This document shows positions 1-18,803 of a DNA stretch of 64,000 bases, in pieces. The translations under genes and the position numbers were made by a program. Position 1 is the stretch's first letter. Each line of letters opens with the position of its first letter. The DNA is from the human T2T-CHM13v2.0 reference genome, Homo sapiens, in NCBI RefSeq assembly GCF_009914755.1, contig NC_060948.1. One strand, 5' to 3'. The notes under the pieces are model-generated. The model made no database searches, had not been told where the DNA came from, and saw only the letters and a program-made list of their open reading frames with translations.

Positions 1-22
1 ATGGGAAAAAGGGCACCCACAA

Positions 23-1877
<1,855 letters not shown>

Positions 1878-2444
1878 AGATCCATATTTTTTAAATGAAA
1901 AAAAATTTCAAAGGTACTCTGCTTGGTACAATAATCAAATGTATAAACTGAGGAATAAAACATAACCATGAAACCTACTTATAACTGCATATGGAAAATA
2001 CAGAGAATAATTTTTTAAATAACATATTTTGAAAGCCTTAACTAGTAATTTGAAGAGTTGGCATTTGAAAGGCCAGTATGAATATACCTTCAAAGCAGCA
2101 ACACAGGTTCCCCATGAGAAAAAGCAAACACAGGGAAAACAAAAACACAAAGGTTCAATCTCTTCTGACCTTTGAAAGACACAGCACAGACAGTGGTCCT
2201 TAGGATGAAGAGCAGGAGACCCCGAATTCCGTCACCATGGCGATAGGGCATAAACATTGTTGGGTGAGGGCACAATCCACATTGTGAGGTCCAACTGCTG
2301 CCAGGAAGACAGGAGTGCTTTTACATAGACCTAAAGGTCATTGAAGGCTCAGAGTTTTGTTTCAAGAAATGAATCCCAAGCCCACACGTTATTAGGCTGC
2401 GCTTCTTAAAACAAGTTATGAGATGGGAAAAAGGGCACCCACAA
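1878..2444. repeat. Moderate-GC non-Alu segment of the unit (probably the Repbase HSATI portion); representative copy
   Basis: A complex-sequence block between the Alu 5' end and the next AT-rich domain, of constant length in all units. The HSATI label comes from the known DYZ2 composition, not from an alignment. Confidence 0.7.
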
Positions 2445-4007
2445 ACATACGTATACATTATGTATATAATAATATACAGTATCATATATATAATATATAT
2501 AACCTATGTATAATACTGTTTTACATCCTGCATCTTATGTTATATATATTGTATAAAATATAATAATTGATAATATATAAGTTTTATAATTATACAATAT
2601 GACATATAGTATATATTATAATTTATGACATATATAATATATGTTATATGTCATATATAGAATATATTATACGGTTAATATACGTATTAAATATAAATTA
2701 TACATTATATATATTATATATAATATATCTGTTATATATAATACCCATTATGCATAATATATATATTATGTCTATATTATATATAGTATAAAACAACATA
2801 TAATAATATATAATTGTATATATAAAATGCGACATATAATATATATTATATTTTATAACATATGTAATATATATTATATATTATATATAATACGTTGTAT
2901 GTATAATACCTATATTAAATATATATTATATGACTATGTTATTAATTACATGTCACATGTGTTATATATTATATATTTTACATAGAATATACCGGTTACA
3001 TACAATATATACTATGTTACCTATAATGTATAATTTATTACATGTAAAAGAAAGAATGCAATATATTATGTATAATTTATAATATACAATATGTGGAATG
3101 TGATATATATAACATATAATATATGATATATGATATACAGTATATGATATATAACATACAATATATGATTCCTAATGTATATGGTATACAATATATATTT
3201 TATGATATGTATTCTATATGTTTTATATTCTGTTATATATAACTATTTGAAATTATATATAACTGTATAATATTTTATGTAAATATGTAATATAATATAT
3301 ATAGCTATATAATATATTATATATAACTATATATTATGTTATATATACTTTTATAACATAATTTACATAAAATATCATAATATAATATATATTATATTAT
3401 TTCATATTACATAATATATATTACATATCACCCAATATAACTAACATACATAATATTATAATATAGATTATATTGTGTTATATTATATATCATATATATC
3501 ATGTATCATATATTCAATAATATATATTACACATTATATAATATGTATGTTGTCTATTATGTGATATATATAACTCTATATATAATTATATTTTTATACA
3601 TATAACTAGATAAACATGTAATTCTACATATTTTCATTTATAATATGTAGAATTATATAATCATATATAATTATTTATATTCTATAAAAAATTTTATCAT
3701 TATATAAATTATAATATATAAAAATTATAATATGTACTACAAATATATATATATTATATATCATATATGATATAGTACCTTTGTTATATATCATAATACA
3801 TATAAATGTGTATTATGTTATCTATAATTATATAATTTCATATATAAGATGTATAATATGTATCATATATTATATAAGTTATGTAATATATATAGTATAT
3901 ATAAGATGACACAGGATAAATATTATATACTATGACATATAAAATATATGAGGTTATATGTTACATATAAGGCATAGCACATAACATGTAATATATATCA
4001 TATATAA

Positions 4008-4299
4008 TTTTTTTTTAGACAGAATCTTGTCCTGTTGCACAGGGTTGGGTACAATGGCGCCATCTTTGCTCACTGCAACTTCTGCCTCACGGGTCCAAGC
4101 GATTGTCCTCCCTCAGCCTCCCAGGTAGCTGGGACTACACCACACTGGGACTACACCAGCTGCCACCATGCCTAGCTAATTTTTTGGATTTTTAGTAGTG
4201 ACAGCGTTTCACTGTATTGGCCAGTTTGGTCTTGATCTCTTCACCTTGTGATCCCCTTGCCTTGGCCTCCAAATTTGCTGGGATTACAGGCCTGAGCCA
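4008..4299 (-). mobile_element. Alu copy, unit 2 (2423-4844)
   Basis: T9-AGACAG...TGAGCCA, near-identical to the unit 1 Alu. Confidence 0.93.
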
Positions 4300-6427
4300 A
4301 GATCCATATTTTTTAAATGAAAAAAAATTTCAAAGGTACTCTGCTTGGTACAATAATCAAATGTATAAACTGAGGAATAAAACATAACCATGAAACCTAC
4401 TTATAACTGCATATGGAAAATACAGAGGATAATTTTTTAAATAACATATTTTGAAAGCCTTAACTAGTAATTTGAAGAGTTGGCATTTGAAAGGCCAGTA
4501 TGAATATACCTTCAAAGCAGCAACACAGGTTCCCCATGAGAAAAAGCAAACACAGGGAAAATAAAAACACAAAGGTTCAATCTCTTCTGACCTTTGAAAG
4601 ACACAGCACAGACAGTGGTCCTTAGGACGAAGAGCAGGAGACCCCTAATTCCGTCACCATGGCGATAGGGCATAAACATTGCTGGGTGAGGGCACAATCC
4701 ACATTGTGAGGTCCAACTGCTGCCAGGAAGACAGGAGTGCTTTTACATAGACCGAAAGGTCATTGAAGGCTCAGAGTTTTGTTTCAAGAACTGAATCCCA
4801 AGCCCACACGTTATTAGGCTGCGCTTCTTAAAACAAGTTATGAGATGGGAAAAAGGGCACCCACAAACATACGTATACATTATGTATATAATAATATACA
4901 GTATCATATATATAATATATATAACCTATGTATAATATTGTTTTACATCCTGCATCTTATGTTATATATATTGTATAAAATATAATAATTGATAATATAT
5001 AAGTTTTATAATTATACAATATGACATATAGTATATATTATAATTTATGACATATATAATATATGTTATATGTCATATATAGAATATATTATACGGTTAA
5101 TATACGTATTAAATATAAATTATACATTATATATATTATATATAATATATCTGTTATATATAATACCCTTTATGCATAAAATATATATTATGTCTATGTT
5201 ATATATAGTATAAAACAACATATAATAATATATAATTGTATATATAAAATGCGACATATAATATATATTATATTTTATAACATATGTAATATATATTATA
5301 TATTATATATAATACGTTGTATGTATAATACCTGTATTAAATATATATTATATGACTATGTTATTAATTACATGTCACATGTGTTATATATTATATATTT
5401 TGCATAGAATATACCGGTTACATACAATATATACTATGTTACCTATAATGTATAATTTATTACATGTAAAATAAAGAATGCAATATATTATGTATAATTT
5501 ATAATATACCATATGTGGAATGTGATATATATAACATATAATATATGATATATGATATACAGTATATGATATATAACATACAATATATGATTCCTAATAT
5601 ATATGGTATACAATATATATTTTATGATATGTATTCTATATGTTTTATATTCTGTTATATATAACTATTTGAAATTATATATAACTGTATAATATTTTAT
5701 GTAAATATGTAATATAATATATATAACTATATAATATATTATATATAACTATATATTATGTTATATATACTTTTATAACATAATTTACATAAAATATCAT
5801 AATATAATATATATTATATTATTTCATATTACATAATATATATTACATATCACCCAATATAACTAACATACATAATATTATAATATAGATTATATTGTGT
5901 TATATTAAATATCATATATATCATGTATCATATATTCTATAATATATATTACACATTATATAATATGTATGTTGTCTATTATGTGATATATATAACTATA
6001 TATATAATTATATTTTTATACATATAACTAGATAAACATGTAATTCTACATATTTTCATTTATAATATGTAGAATTATATAATCATATATAATTATTTAT
6101 ATTCTATAAAAAATTTTATCATTATATAAATTATAATATATAAAAATTATAATATGTACTACAAATATATATATTATATATCATATATGATATAGTACCT
6201 TTGTTATATATCATAATACATATAAATGTGTATTATGTTATCTATAATTATATAATTTCATATATAAGATGTATAATATGTATCATATATTATATATGTT
6301 ATGTAATATATATAGTATATATAAGATGACACAGGATAAATATTATATACTATGACATATAAAATATATGAGGTTATATGTTACATATAAGGCATAGCAC
6401 ATAACATGTAATATGTATCACATATAA

Positions 6428-6719
6428 TTTTTTTTTAGACAGAATCTTGTCCTGTTGCACAGGGTGGGGTACAATGGCGCCATCTTTGATCACTGCAACT
6501 TCTGCCTCACGGGTCCAAGCGATTGTCCTCCCTCAGCCTCCCAGGTAGCTGGGACTACACCACACTGGGACTACACCAGCTGCCACCATGCCTTGCTAAT
6601 TTTTTGGATTTTTAGTAGTGACAGCGTTTCACTGTATTGGCCAGGATGGTCTTGATCTCTTCACCTTGTGATCCCCTTGCCTTGGCCTCCAAATTTGCTG
6701 GGATTACAGGCCTGAGCCA
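6428..6719 (-). mobile_element. Alu copy, unit 3 (4845-7264)
   Basis: Same Alu sequence at the same unit offset. Confidence 0.93.
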
Positions 6720-8820
6720 AGATCCATATTTTTTAAATGAAAAAAAATTTCAAAGGTACTCTGCTTGGTACAATAATCAAATGTATAAACTGAGGAATAA
6801 AACATAACCATGAAACCTACTTATAACTGCATATGGAAAATACAGAGGATAATTTTTTAAATAACATATTTTGAAAGCCTTAACTAGTAATTTGAAGAGT
6901 TGGCATTTGAAAGGTCAGTATGAATATACCTTCAAAGCAGCAACACAGGTTCCCCATGAGAAAAAGCAAACACAGGGAAAACAAAAACACAAAGGTTCAA
7001 TCTCTTCTGACCTTTGAAAGACACAGCACAGACAGTGGTCCTTAGGACGAAGAGCAGGAGACCCCTAATTCCGTCACCATGGCGATAGGGCATAAACATT
7101 GCTGGGTGAGGGCACAATCCACATTGTGAGGTCCAACTGCTGCCAGGAAGACAGGAGTGCTTTTACATAGACCGAAAGGTCATTGAAGGCTCAGAGTTTT
7201 GTTTCAAGAACTGAATCCCAAGCCCACACGTTATTAGGCTGCGCTTCTTAAAACAAGTTATGAGATGGGAAAAAGGGCACCCACAAACATACGTATACAT
7301 TATGTATATAATAATATACAGTATCATATATATAATATATATAACCTATGTATAATATTGTTTTACATCCTGCATCTTATGTTATATATATTGTATAAAA
7401 TATAATAATTGATAATATATAAGTTTTATAATTATGCAATATGACATATAGTATATATTATAATTTATGACATATATAATATATGTTATATGTCATATAT
7501 AGAATATATTATACGGTTAATATACGTATTAAATATAAATTATACATTATATATATTATATATAATATATCTGTTATATATAATACCCATTATGAATAAT
7601 ATATATATTATGTCTATGTTATATATAGTATAAAACAACATATAATAATATATAATTGTATATATAAAATGCGACATAGAATATATATTATATTTTATAA
7701 CATATGTAATATATATTATATATTATATATAATACGTTGTATGTATAATACCTATATTAAATATATATTATATGACTATGTTATTAATTACATGTCACAT
7801 GTGTTATATATTATATATTTTACATAGAATATACCGGTTACATACAATATATACTATGTTACCTATAATGTATAATTTATTACATGTAAAATAAATAATG
7901 CAATATATTATGTATAATTTATAATATACCATATGTGGAATGTGATATATATAACATATAATATATGATATATGATATACAGTATATGATATATAACATA
8001 CAATATATGATTCCTAATATATATGGTATACAATATATATTTTATGATATGTATTCTATATGTTTTATATTCTGTTATATATAACTATTTGAAATTATAT
8101 ATAACTGTATAATATTTTATGTAAATATGTAATATAATATATATAACTATATAATATATTATATATAACTATATATTATGTTATATATACTTTTATAACA
8201 TAATTTACATAAAATATCATAATATAATATATATTATATTATTTCATATTACATAATATATATTACATATCACCCAATATAACTAACATACATAATATTA
8301 TAATATAGATTATATTGTGTTATATTAAATATCATATATATCATGTATCATATATTCTATAATATATATTACACATTATATAATATGTATGTTGTCTATT
8401 ATGTGATATATATAACTATATATATAATTATATTTTTATACATATAACTAGATAAACTTGTAATTCTACATATTTTCATTTATAATATGTAGAATTATAT
8501 AATCATATATAATTATATTCTATAAAAAATTTTATCATTATATAAATTATAATATATAAAAATTATAATATGTACTACAAATATATATATTATATATCAT
8601 ATATGATATAGTACCTTTGTTATATATCATAATACATATAAATGTGTATTATGTTATCTATAATTATATAATTTCATATATAAGATGTATAATATGTATC
8701 ATATATTATATATGTTATGTAATATATATAGTATATATAAGATGACACAGGATAAATATTATATACTATGACATATAAAATATATGAGGTTATATGTTAC
8801 ATATAAGGCATAGCACATAA

Positions 8821-9135
<315 letters not shown>

Positions 9136-11233
9136 AGATCCATATTTTTTAAATGAAAAAAAATTTCAAAGGTACTCTGCTTGGTACAATAATCAAATGT
9201 ATAAACTGAGGAATAAAACATAACCATGAAACCTACTTATAACTGCATATGGAAAATACAGAGGATAATTTTTTAAATAACATATTTTGAAAGCCTTAAC
9301 TAGTAATTTGAAGAGTTGGCATTTGAAAGGCCAGTATGAATATACCTTCAAAGCAGCAACACAGGTTCCCCATGAGAAAAAGCAAACACAGGGAAAACAA
9401 AAACACAAAGGTTCAATCTCTTCTGACCTTTGAAAGACACAGCACAGACAGTGGTCCTTAGGACGAAGAGCAGGAGACCCCTAATTCCGTCACCATGGCG
9501 ATAGGGCATAAACATTGCTGGGTGAGGGCACAATCCACATTGTGAGGTCCAACTGCTGCCAGGAAGACAGGAGTGCTTTTACATAGACCGAAAGGTCATT
9601 GAAGGCTCAGAGTTTTGTTTCAAGAACTGAATCCCAAGCCCACACGTTATTAGGCTGCGCTTCTTAAAACAAGTTATGAGATGGGAAAAAGGGCACCCAC
9701 AAACATACGTATACATTATGTATATAATAATATATAGTATGATATATATAATATATATAACCTATGTATAATATTGTTTTACATCCTGCATCTTATGTTA
9801 TATGTATTTTATAAAATATAATAATTGATAATATATAAGTTTTATAATTATACAATATGACATATAGTATATATTATAATTTATGACATATATAATATAT
9901 GTTATATGTCATATATAGAATATATTATACGGTTAATATACGTATTAAATATAACTTATACATTATATATATTATATATAATATATCTGTTATATATAAT
10001 ACCCATTATGCATAATATATATATTATGTCTATGTTATATATATTATAAAACAACATATAATAATATATAATTGTATATATAAAATGCGACATAGAATAT
10101 ATATTATATTTTATAACATATGTAATATATATTATATATAATACGTTGTATGTATAATACCTATATTAAATATATATTATATGATTATGTTATTAATTAC
10201 ATGTCACATGTGTTATATATTATATATTTTACATAGAATATACCGGTTACATACAATATATACTATGTTACCTATAATGTATAATTTATTACATGTAAAA
10301 TAAAGACTGCAATATATTATGTATAATTTATAATATACAATATGTGGAATGTGATATATATAACATATAATATATGATATGTGATATACAGTATATGATA
10401 TATAACATACAATATATGATTCCTAATATATATGGTATACAATATATATTTTATGATATGTATTCTATATGTTTTATATTCTGTTATATATAACTATTTG
10501 AAATTATATATAACTGTATAATATTTTATGTAAATATGTAATATAATATATATAACTATATAATATATTAGATATAACTATATATTATGTTATATATACT
10601 TTTATAACATAATTTACATAAAATATCATAATATAATATATATTATATTATTTCATATTACATAATATATATTACATATCACCCAATATAACTAACATAC
10701 ATAATATTATAATATAGATTATATTGTGTTATATTAAATATCATATATATCATGTATCATATATTCTATAATATATATTACACGTTATATAATATGTATG
10801 TTGTCTATTATGTGATATATATAACTATATATATAATTATATTTTTATACATATAACTAGATAAACATGTAATTCTACATATTTTCATTTATAATATGTA
10901 GAATTATATAATCATATATAATTATTTATATTCTATAAAAAATTTTATCATTATATAAATTATAATATATAAAAATTATAATATGTACTACAAATATATA
11001 TATTATATATCATATATGATATAGTACCTTTGTTATATATCATAATACATATAAATGTGTATTATGTTATCTATAATTATATAATTTCATATATAAGATG
11101 TATAATATGTGTCATATATTATATATGTTATGTAATATATATAGTATATATAAGATGACACAGGATAAATATTATATACTATGACATATAAAATATATGA
11201 GGTTATATGTTACATATAAGGCATAGCACATAA

Positions 11234-11548
<315 letters not shown>

Positions 11549-13653
11549 AGATCCATATTTTTTAAATGAAAAAAAATTTCAAAGGTACTCTGCTTGGTAC
11601 AATAATCAAATGTATAAACTGAGGAATAAAACATAACCATGAAACCTACTTATAACTGCATATGGAAAATACAGAGGATAATTTTTTAAATAACATATTT
11701 TGAAAGCCTTAACTAGTAATTTGAAGAGTTGGCATTTGAAAGGCCAGTATGAATATACCTTCAAAGCAGCAACACAGGTTCCCCATGAGAAAAAGCAAAC
11801 ACAGGGAAAATAAAAACACAAAGGTTCAATCTCTTCTGACCTTTGAAAGACACAGCACAGACAGTGGTCCTTAGGACGAAGAGCAGGAGACCCCTAATTC
11901 CGTCACCATGGCGATAGGGCATAAACATTGCTGGGTGAGGGCACAATCCACATTGTGAGGTCCAACTGCTGCCAGGAAGACAGGAGTGCTTTTACATAGA
12001 CCGAAAGGTCATTGAAGGCTCAGAGTTTTGTTTCAAGAACTGAATCCCAAGCCCACACGTTATTAGGCTGCGCTTCTTAAAACAAGTTATGAGATGGGAA
12101 AAAGGGCACCCACAAACATACGTATACATTATGTATATAATAATATACAGTATCATATATATAATATATATAACCTATGTATAATATTGTTTTACATCCT
12201 GCATCTTATGTTATATATATTGTATAAAATATAATAATTGATAATATATAAGTTTTATAATTATACAATATGACATATAGTATATATTATAATTTATGAC
12301 ATATATAATATATGTTATATATCATATATAGAATATATTATACGGTTAATATACGTATTAAATATAAATTATACATTATATATATTATATATAATATATC
12401 TGTTATATATAATACCCATTATGCATAATATATATATTATGTCTATGTTATATATAGTATAAAACAACATATAATAATATATAATTGTATATATAAAATG
12501 CGACATATAATATATATTATATTTTATAACATATGTAATATATATTATATATTATATATAATACGTTGTATGTATAATACCTATATTAAATATATATTAT
12601 ATGACTATGTTATTAATTACATGTCACATGTGTTATATATTATATATTTTACATAGAATATACCGGTTACATACAATATATACTATGTTACCTATAATGT
12701 ATAATTTATTACATGTAAAATAAATAATGCAATATATTATGTATAATTTATAATATACCATATGTGGAATGTGATATATATAACATATAATATATGATAT
12801 ATGATATACAGTATATGATATATAACATACAATATATGATTCCTAATATATATGGTATACAATATATATTTTATGATAAGTATTCTATATGTTTTATATT
12901 CTGTTATATATAACTATTTGAAATTATATATAACTGGATAATATTTTATGTAAATATGTAATATAATATATATAACTATATAATATATTATATATAACTA
13001 TATATTATGTTATATATACTTTTATAACATAATTTACATAAAATATCATAATATAATATATATTATATTATTTCATATTACATAATATATATTACATATC
13101 ACCCAGTATAACTAACATACATAATATTATAATATAGATTATATTCTGTTATATTAAATATCATATATATCATGTATCATATATTCTATAATATATATTA
13201 CACATTATATAATATGTATGTTATCTATTATGTGATATATATAACTATATATATAATTATATTTTTATACATATAACTAGATAAACATGTAATTCTACAT
13301 ATTTTCATTTATAATATGTAGAATTATATAATCATATATAATTATTTATATTCTATAAAAAATTTTATCATTATATAAATTATAATATATAAAAATTATA
13401 ATATGTACTACAAATATATATATTATATATCATATATGATATAGTACCTTTGTTGTATATCATAATACATATAAATGTGTATTATGTTATCTATAATTAT
13501 ATAATTTCATATATAAGATGTATAATATGTATCATATATTATATATGTTATGTAATATATATAGTATATATAAGATGACACAGGATAAATATTATATACT
13601 ATGACATATAAAATATATCAGGTTATATGTTACATATAAGGCATAGCACATAA

Positions 13654-13968
<315 letters not shown>

Positions 13969-16068
13969 AGATCCATATTTTTTAAATGAAAAAAAATTTC
14001 AAAGGTACTCTGCTTGGTACAATAATCAAATGTATAAACTGAGGAATAAAACATAACCATGAAACCTACTTATAACTGCATATGGAAAATACAGAGGATA
14101 TTTTTTTAAATAACATATTTTGAAAGCCTTAACTAGTAATTTGAAGAGTTGGCATTTGAAAGGCCAGTATGAATATACCTTCAAAGCAGCAACAGAGGTT
14201 CCCCATGAGAAAAAGCAAACACAGGGAAAATAAAAACACAAAGGTTCAATCTCTTCTGACCTTTGAAAGACACAGCACAGACAGTGGTCCTTAGGACGAA
14301 GAGCAGGAGACCCCTAATTCCGTCACCATGGCGATAGGGCATAAACATTGCTGGGTGAGGGCACAATCCACATTGTGAGGTCCAACTGCTGCCAGGAAGA
14401 CAGGAGTGCTTTTACATAGACCGAAAGGTCATTGAAGGCTCAGAGTTTTGTTTCAAGAACTGAATCCCAAGCCCACACGTTATTAGGCTGCGCTTCTTAA
14501 AACAAGTTATGAGATGGGAAAAAGGGCACCCACAAACATACGTATACATTATGTATATAATAATATACAGTATCATATATATAATATATATAACCTATGT
14601 ATAATATTGTTTTACATCCTGCATCTTATGTTATATATATTGTATAAAATATAATAATTGATAATATATAAGTTTTATAATTATACAATATGACATATGG
14701 TATATAATATAATTTATGACATATATAATATATGTTATATGTCATATATAGAATATATTATACGGTTAATATACGTATTAAATATAAATTATACATTATA
14801 TATATTATATATATCTGTTATATATAATACCCATTATGCATAATATATATATTATGTCTATGTTATATATAGTATAAAACAACATATAATAATATATAAT
14901 TGTATATATAAAATGCGACATATAATATATATTATATTTTATAACATATGTAATATATATTATATATTATATATAATACGTTGTATGTATAATACCTATA
15001 TTAAATATATATTATATGACTATGTTATTAATTACATGTCACATGTGTTATATATTATATATTTTACATAGAATATACCGGTTACATACAATATATACTA
15101 TGTTACCTATAATGTATAATTTATTACATGTAAAATAAATAATGCAATATATTATGTATATTTTATAATATACCATATGTGGAATGTGATATATATAACA
15201 TATAATATATGATATATGATATACAGTATATGATATATAACATACAATATATGATTCCTAATATATATGGTATACAATATATATTTTATGATAAGTATTC
15301 TATATGTTTTATATTCTGTTATATATAACTATTTGAAATTATATATAACTGTATAATATTTTATGTAAATATGTAATATAATATATATAACTATATAATA
15401 TATTATATATAACTATATATTATGTTATATATACTTTTATAACATAATTTACATAAAATATCATAATATAATATATATTATATTATTTCATATTACATAA
15501 TATATATTACATATCACCCAATATAACTAACATACATAATATTATAATATAGATTATATTGTGTTATATTAAATATCATATATATCATGTATCATATATT
15601 CTATAATATATATTACACATTATATAATATGCATGTTGTCTATTATGTGATATATATAACTATATATATAATTATATTTTTATACATATAACTAGATAAA
15701 CATGTAATTCTACATATTTTCATTTATAATGTGTAGAAATATATAATCATATATAATTATTTATATTCTATAAAAAATTTTATCATTATATAAATTATAA
15801 TATATAAAAATTATAATATGTACTACAAATATATATATTATATATCATATATGATATAGTACCTTTGTTATATATCATAATACATATAAATGTTTATTAT
15901 GTTATCTATAATTATATAATTTCATATATAAGATGTATAATATGTATCATATATTATATAAGTTATGTAATATATATAGTATATATAAGATGACACAGGA
16001 TAAATATTATATACTATGACATATAAAATATATGAGGTTATATGTTACATATAAGGCATAGCACATAA

Positions 16069-16383
<315 letters not shown>

Positions 16384-18511
16384 AGATCCATATTTTTTAA
16401 ATGAAAAAAAATTTCAAAGGTACTCTGCTTGGTACAATAATCAAATGTATAAACTGAGGAATAAAACATAACCATGAAACCTACTTATAACTGCATATGG
16501 AAAATACAGAGGATAATTTTTTAAATAACATATTTTGAAAGCCTTAACTAGTAATTTGAAGAGTTGGCATTTGAAAGGCCAGTATGAATATACCTTCAAA
16601 GCAGCAACACAGGTTCCCCATGAGAAAAAGCAAACACAGGGAAAATAAAAACACAAAGGTTCAATCTCTTCTGACCTTTGAAAGACACAGCACAGACAGT
16701 GGTCCTTAGGACGAAGAGCAGGAGACCCCTAATTCCGTCACCATGGCGATAGGGCATAAACATTGCTGGGTGAGGACACAATCCACATTGTGAGGTCCAA
16801 CTGCTGCCAGGAAGACAGGAGTGCTTTTACATAGACCGAAAGGTCATTGAAGGCTCAGAGTTTTGTTTCAAGAACTGAATCCCAAGCCCACACGTTATTA
16901 GGCTGCGCTTCTTAAAACAAGTTATGAGATGGGAAAAAGGGCACCCACAAACATACGTATACATTATGTATATAATAATATACAGTATCATATATATAAT
17001 ATATATAACCTATGTATAATATTGTTTTACATCCTGCATCTTATGTTATATATATTGTATAAAATATAATAATTGATAATATATAAGTTTTATAATTATA
17101 CAATAAGACATATAGTATATATTATAATTTGTGACATATATAATATATGTTATATGTCATATATAGAATATATTATACGGTTAATATACGTATTAAAAAT
17201 AAATTATACATTATATATATTATATATATTATATCTGTTATATATAATACTCATTATGCATAATATATATATTATGTCTATGTTATATATAGTATAAAAC
17301 AACATATAATAATATATAATTGTATATATAAAATGCGACATATAATATATATTATATTTTATAACATATGTAATATATATTATATATTATATATAATACG
17401 TTGTATGTATAATACCTATATTAAATATATATTATATGACTATGTTATTAATTACATGTCACATGTGTTATATATTATATATTTTACATAGAATATACCG
17501 GTTACATACAATATATACTATGTTACCTATAATGTATAATTTATTACATGTAAAATAAAGAATGCAATATATTATGTATAATTTATAATATACCATATGT
17601 GGAATGTGATATATATAACATATAATATATGATATATGATATACAGTATATGATATATAACATACAATATATGATTCCTAATATATATGGTATACAATAT
17701 ATATTTTATGATATGTATTCTATATGTTTTATATTCTGTTATATATAACTATTTGAAATTATATATAACTGTATAATATTTTATGTAAATATGTAATATA
17801 ATATATATAACTATATAATATATTATATATAACTATATATTATGTTATATATACTTTTATAACATAATTTACATAAAATATCATAATATAATATATATTA
17901 TATTATTTCATATTACATAATATATATTACATATCACCCAATATAACTAACATACATAATATTATAATATAGATTATATTGTGTTATATTAAATATCATA
18001 TATATCATGTATCATATATTCTATAATATATATTACACATTATATAATATGTATGTTGTCTATTATGTGATATACATAACTATATATATAATTATATTTT
18101 TATACATATAACTAGATAAACATGTAATTCTACATATTTTCATTTATAATATGTAGAATTATATAATCATATATAATTATTTATATTCTATAAAAAATTT
18201 TATCATTATATAAATTATAATATATAAAAATTATAATATGTACTACAAATATATATGTTATATATCATATATGATATAGTACCTTTGTTATATATCATAA
18301 TACATATAAATGTGTATTATGTTATCTATAATTATATAATTTCATATATAAGATGTATAATATGTATCATATATTATATATGTTATGTAATATATATAGT
18401 ATATATAAGATGACACAGGATAAATATTATATACTATGACATATAAAATATATGAGGTTATATGTTACATATAAGGCATAGCACATAACATGTAATATAT
18501 ATCACATATAA

Positions 18512-18803
18512 TTTTTTTTTAGACAGAATCTTGTCCTGTTGCACAGGGTGGGGTACAATGGCGCCATCTTTGCTCACTGCAACTTCTGCCTCACGGGTCC
18601 AAGCGATTGTCCTCCCTCAGCCTCCCAGGTAGCTGGGACTACACCACACTGGGACTACACCAGCTGCCACCATGCCTAGCTAATTTTTTGGATTTTTAGT
18701 AGTGACAGCGTTTCACTGTATTGGCCAGGATGGTCTTGATCTCTTCACCTTGTGATCCCCTTGCCTTGGCCTCCAAATTTGCTGGGATTACAGGCCTGAG
18801 CCA
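18512..18803 (-). mobile_element. Alu copy, unit 8 (16929-19348)
   Basis: Same Alu sequence at the same unit offset. Confidence 0.93.

Noticed and set aside
1935-2275. Recurrent 71-aa and 61-aa minus-strand ORFs in nearly every unit
   Set aside because: They are short, overlapping and have no recognisable domain or gene structure. Several begin at non-ATG codons, and they are broken by stops in some units (3, 11, 13, 16, 18). Recurrence simply reflects the tandem repeat.
2271-2286. Small hairpin CACAAT-CCAC-ATTGTG
   Set aside because: A 6-bp stem is expected by chance and shows no resemblance to a known RNA structure or terminator.
17073-17297. Ile/Tyr-rich ORFs in the AT domain (also 21752, 33845, 45936, 60453, 62873)
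   Set aside because: These are low-complexity translations of (TA)n-like DNA created by single SNPs that remove a stop codon.
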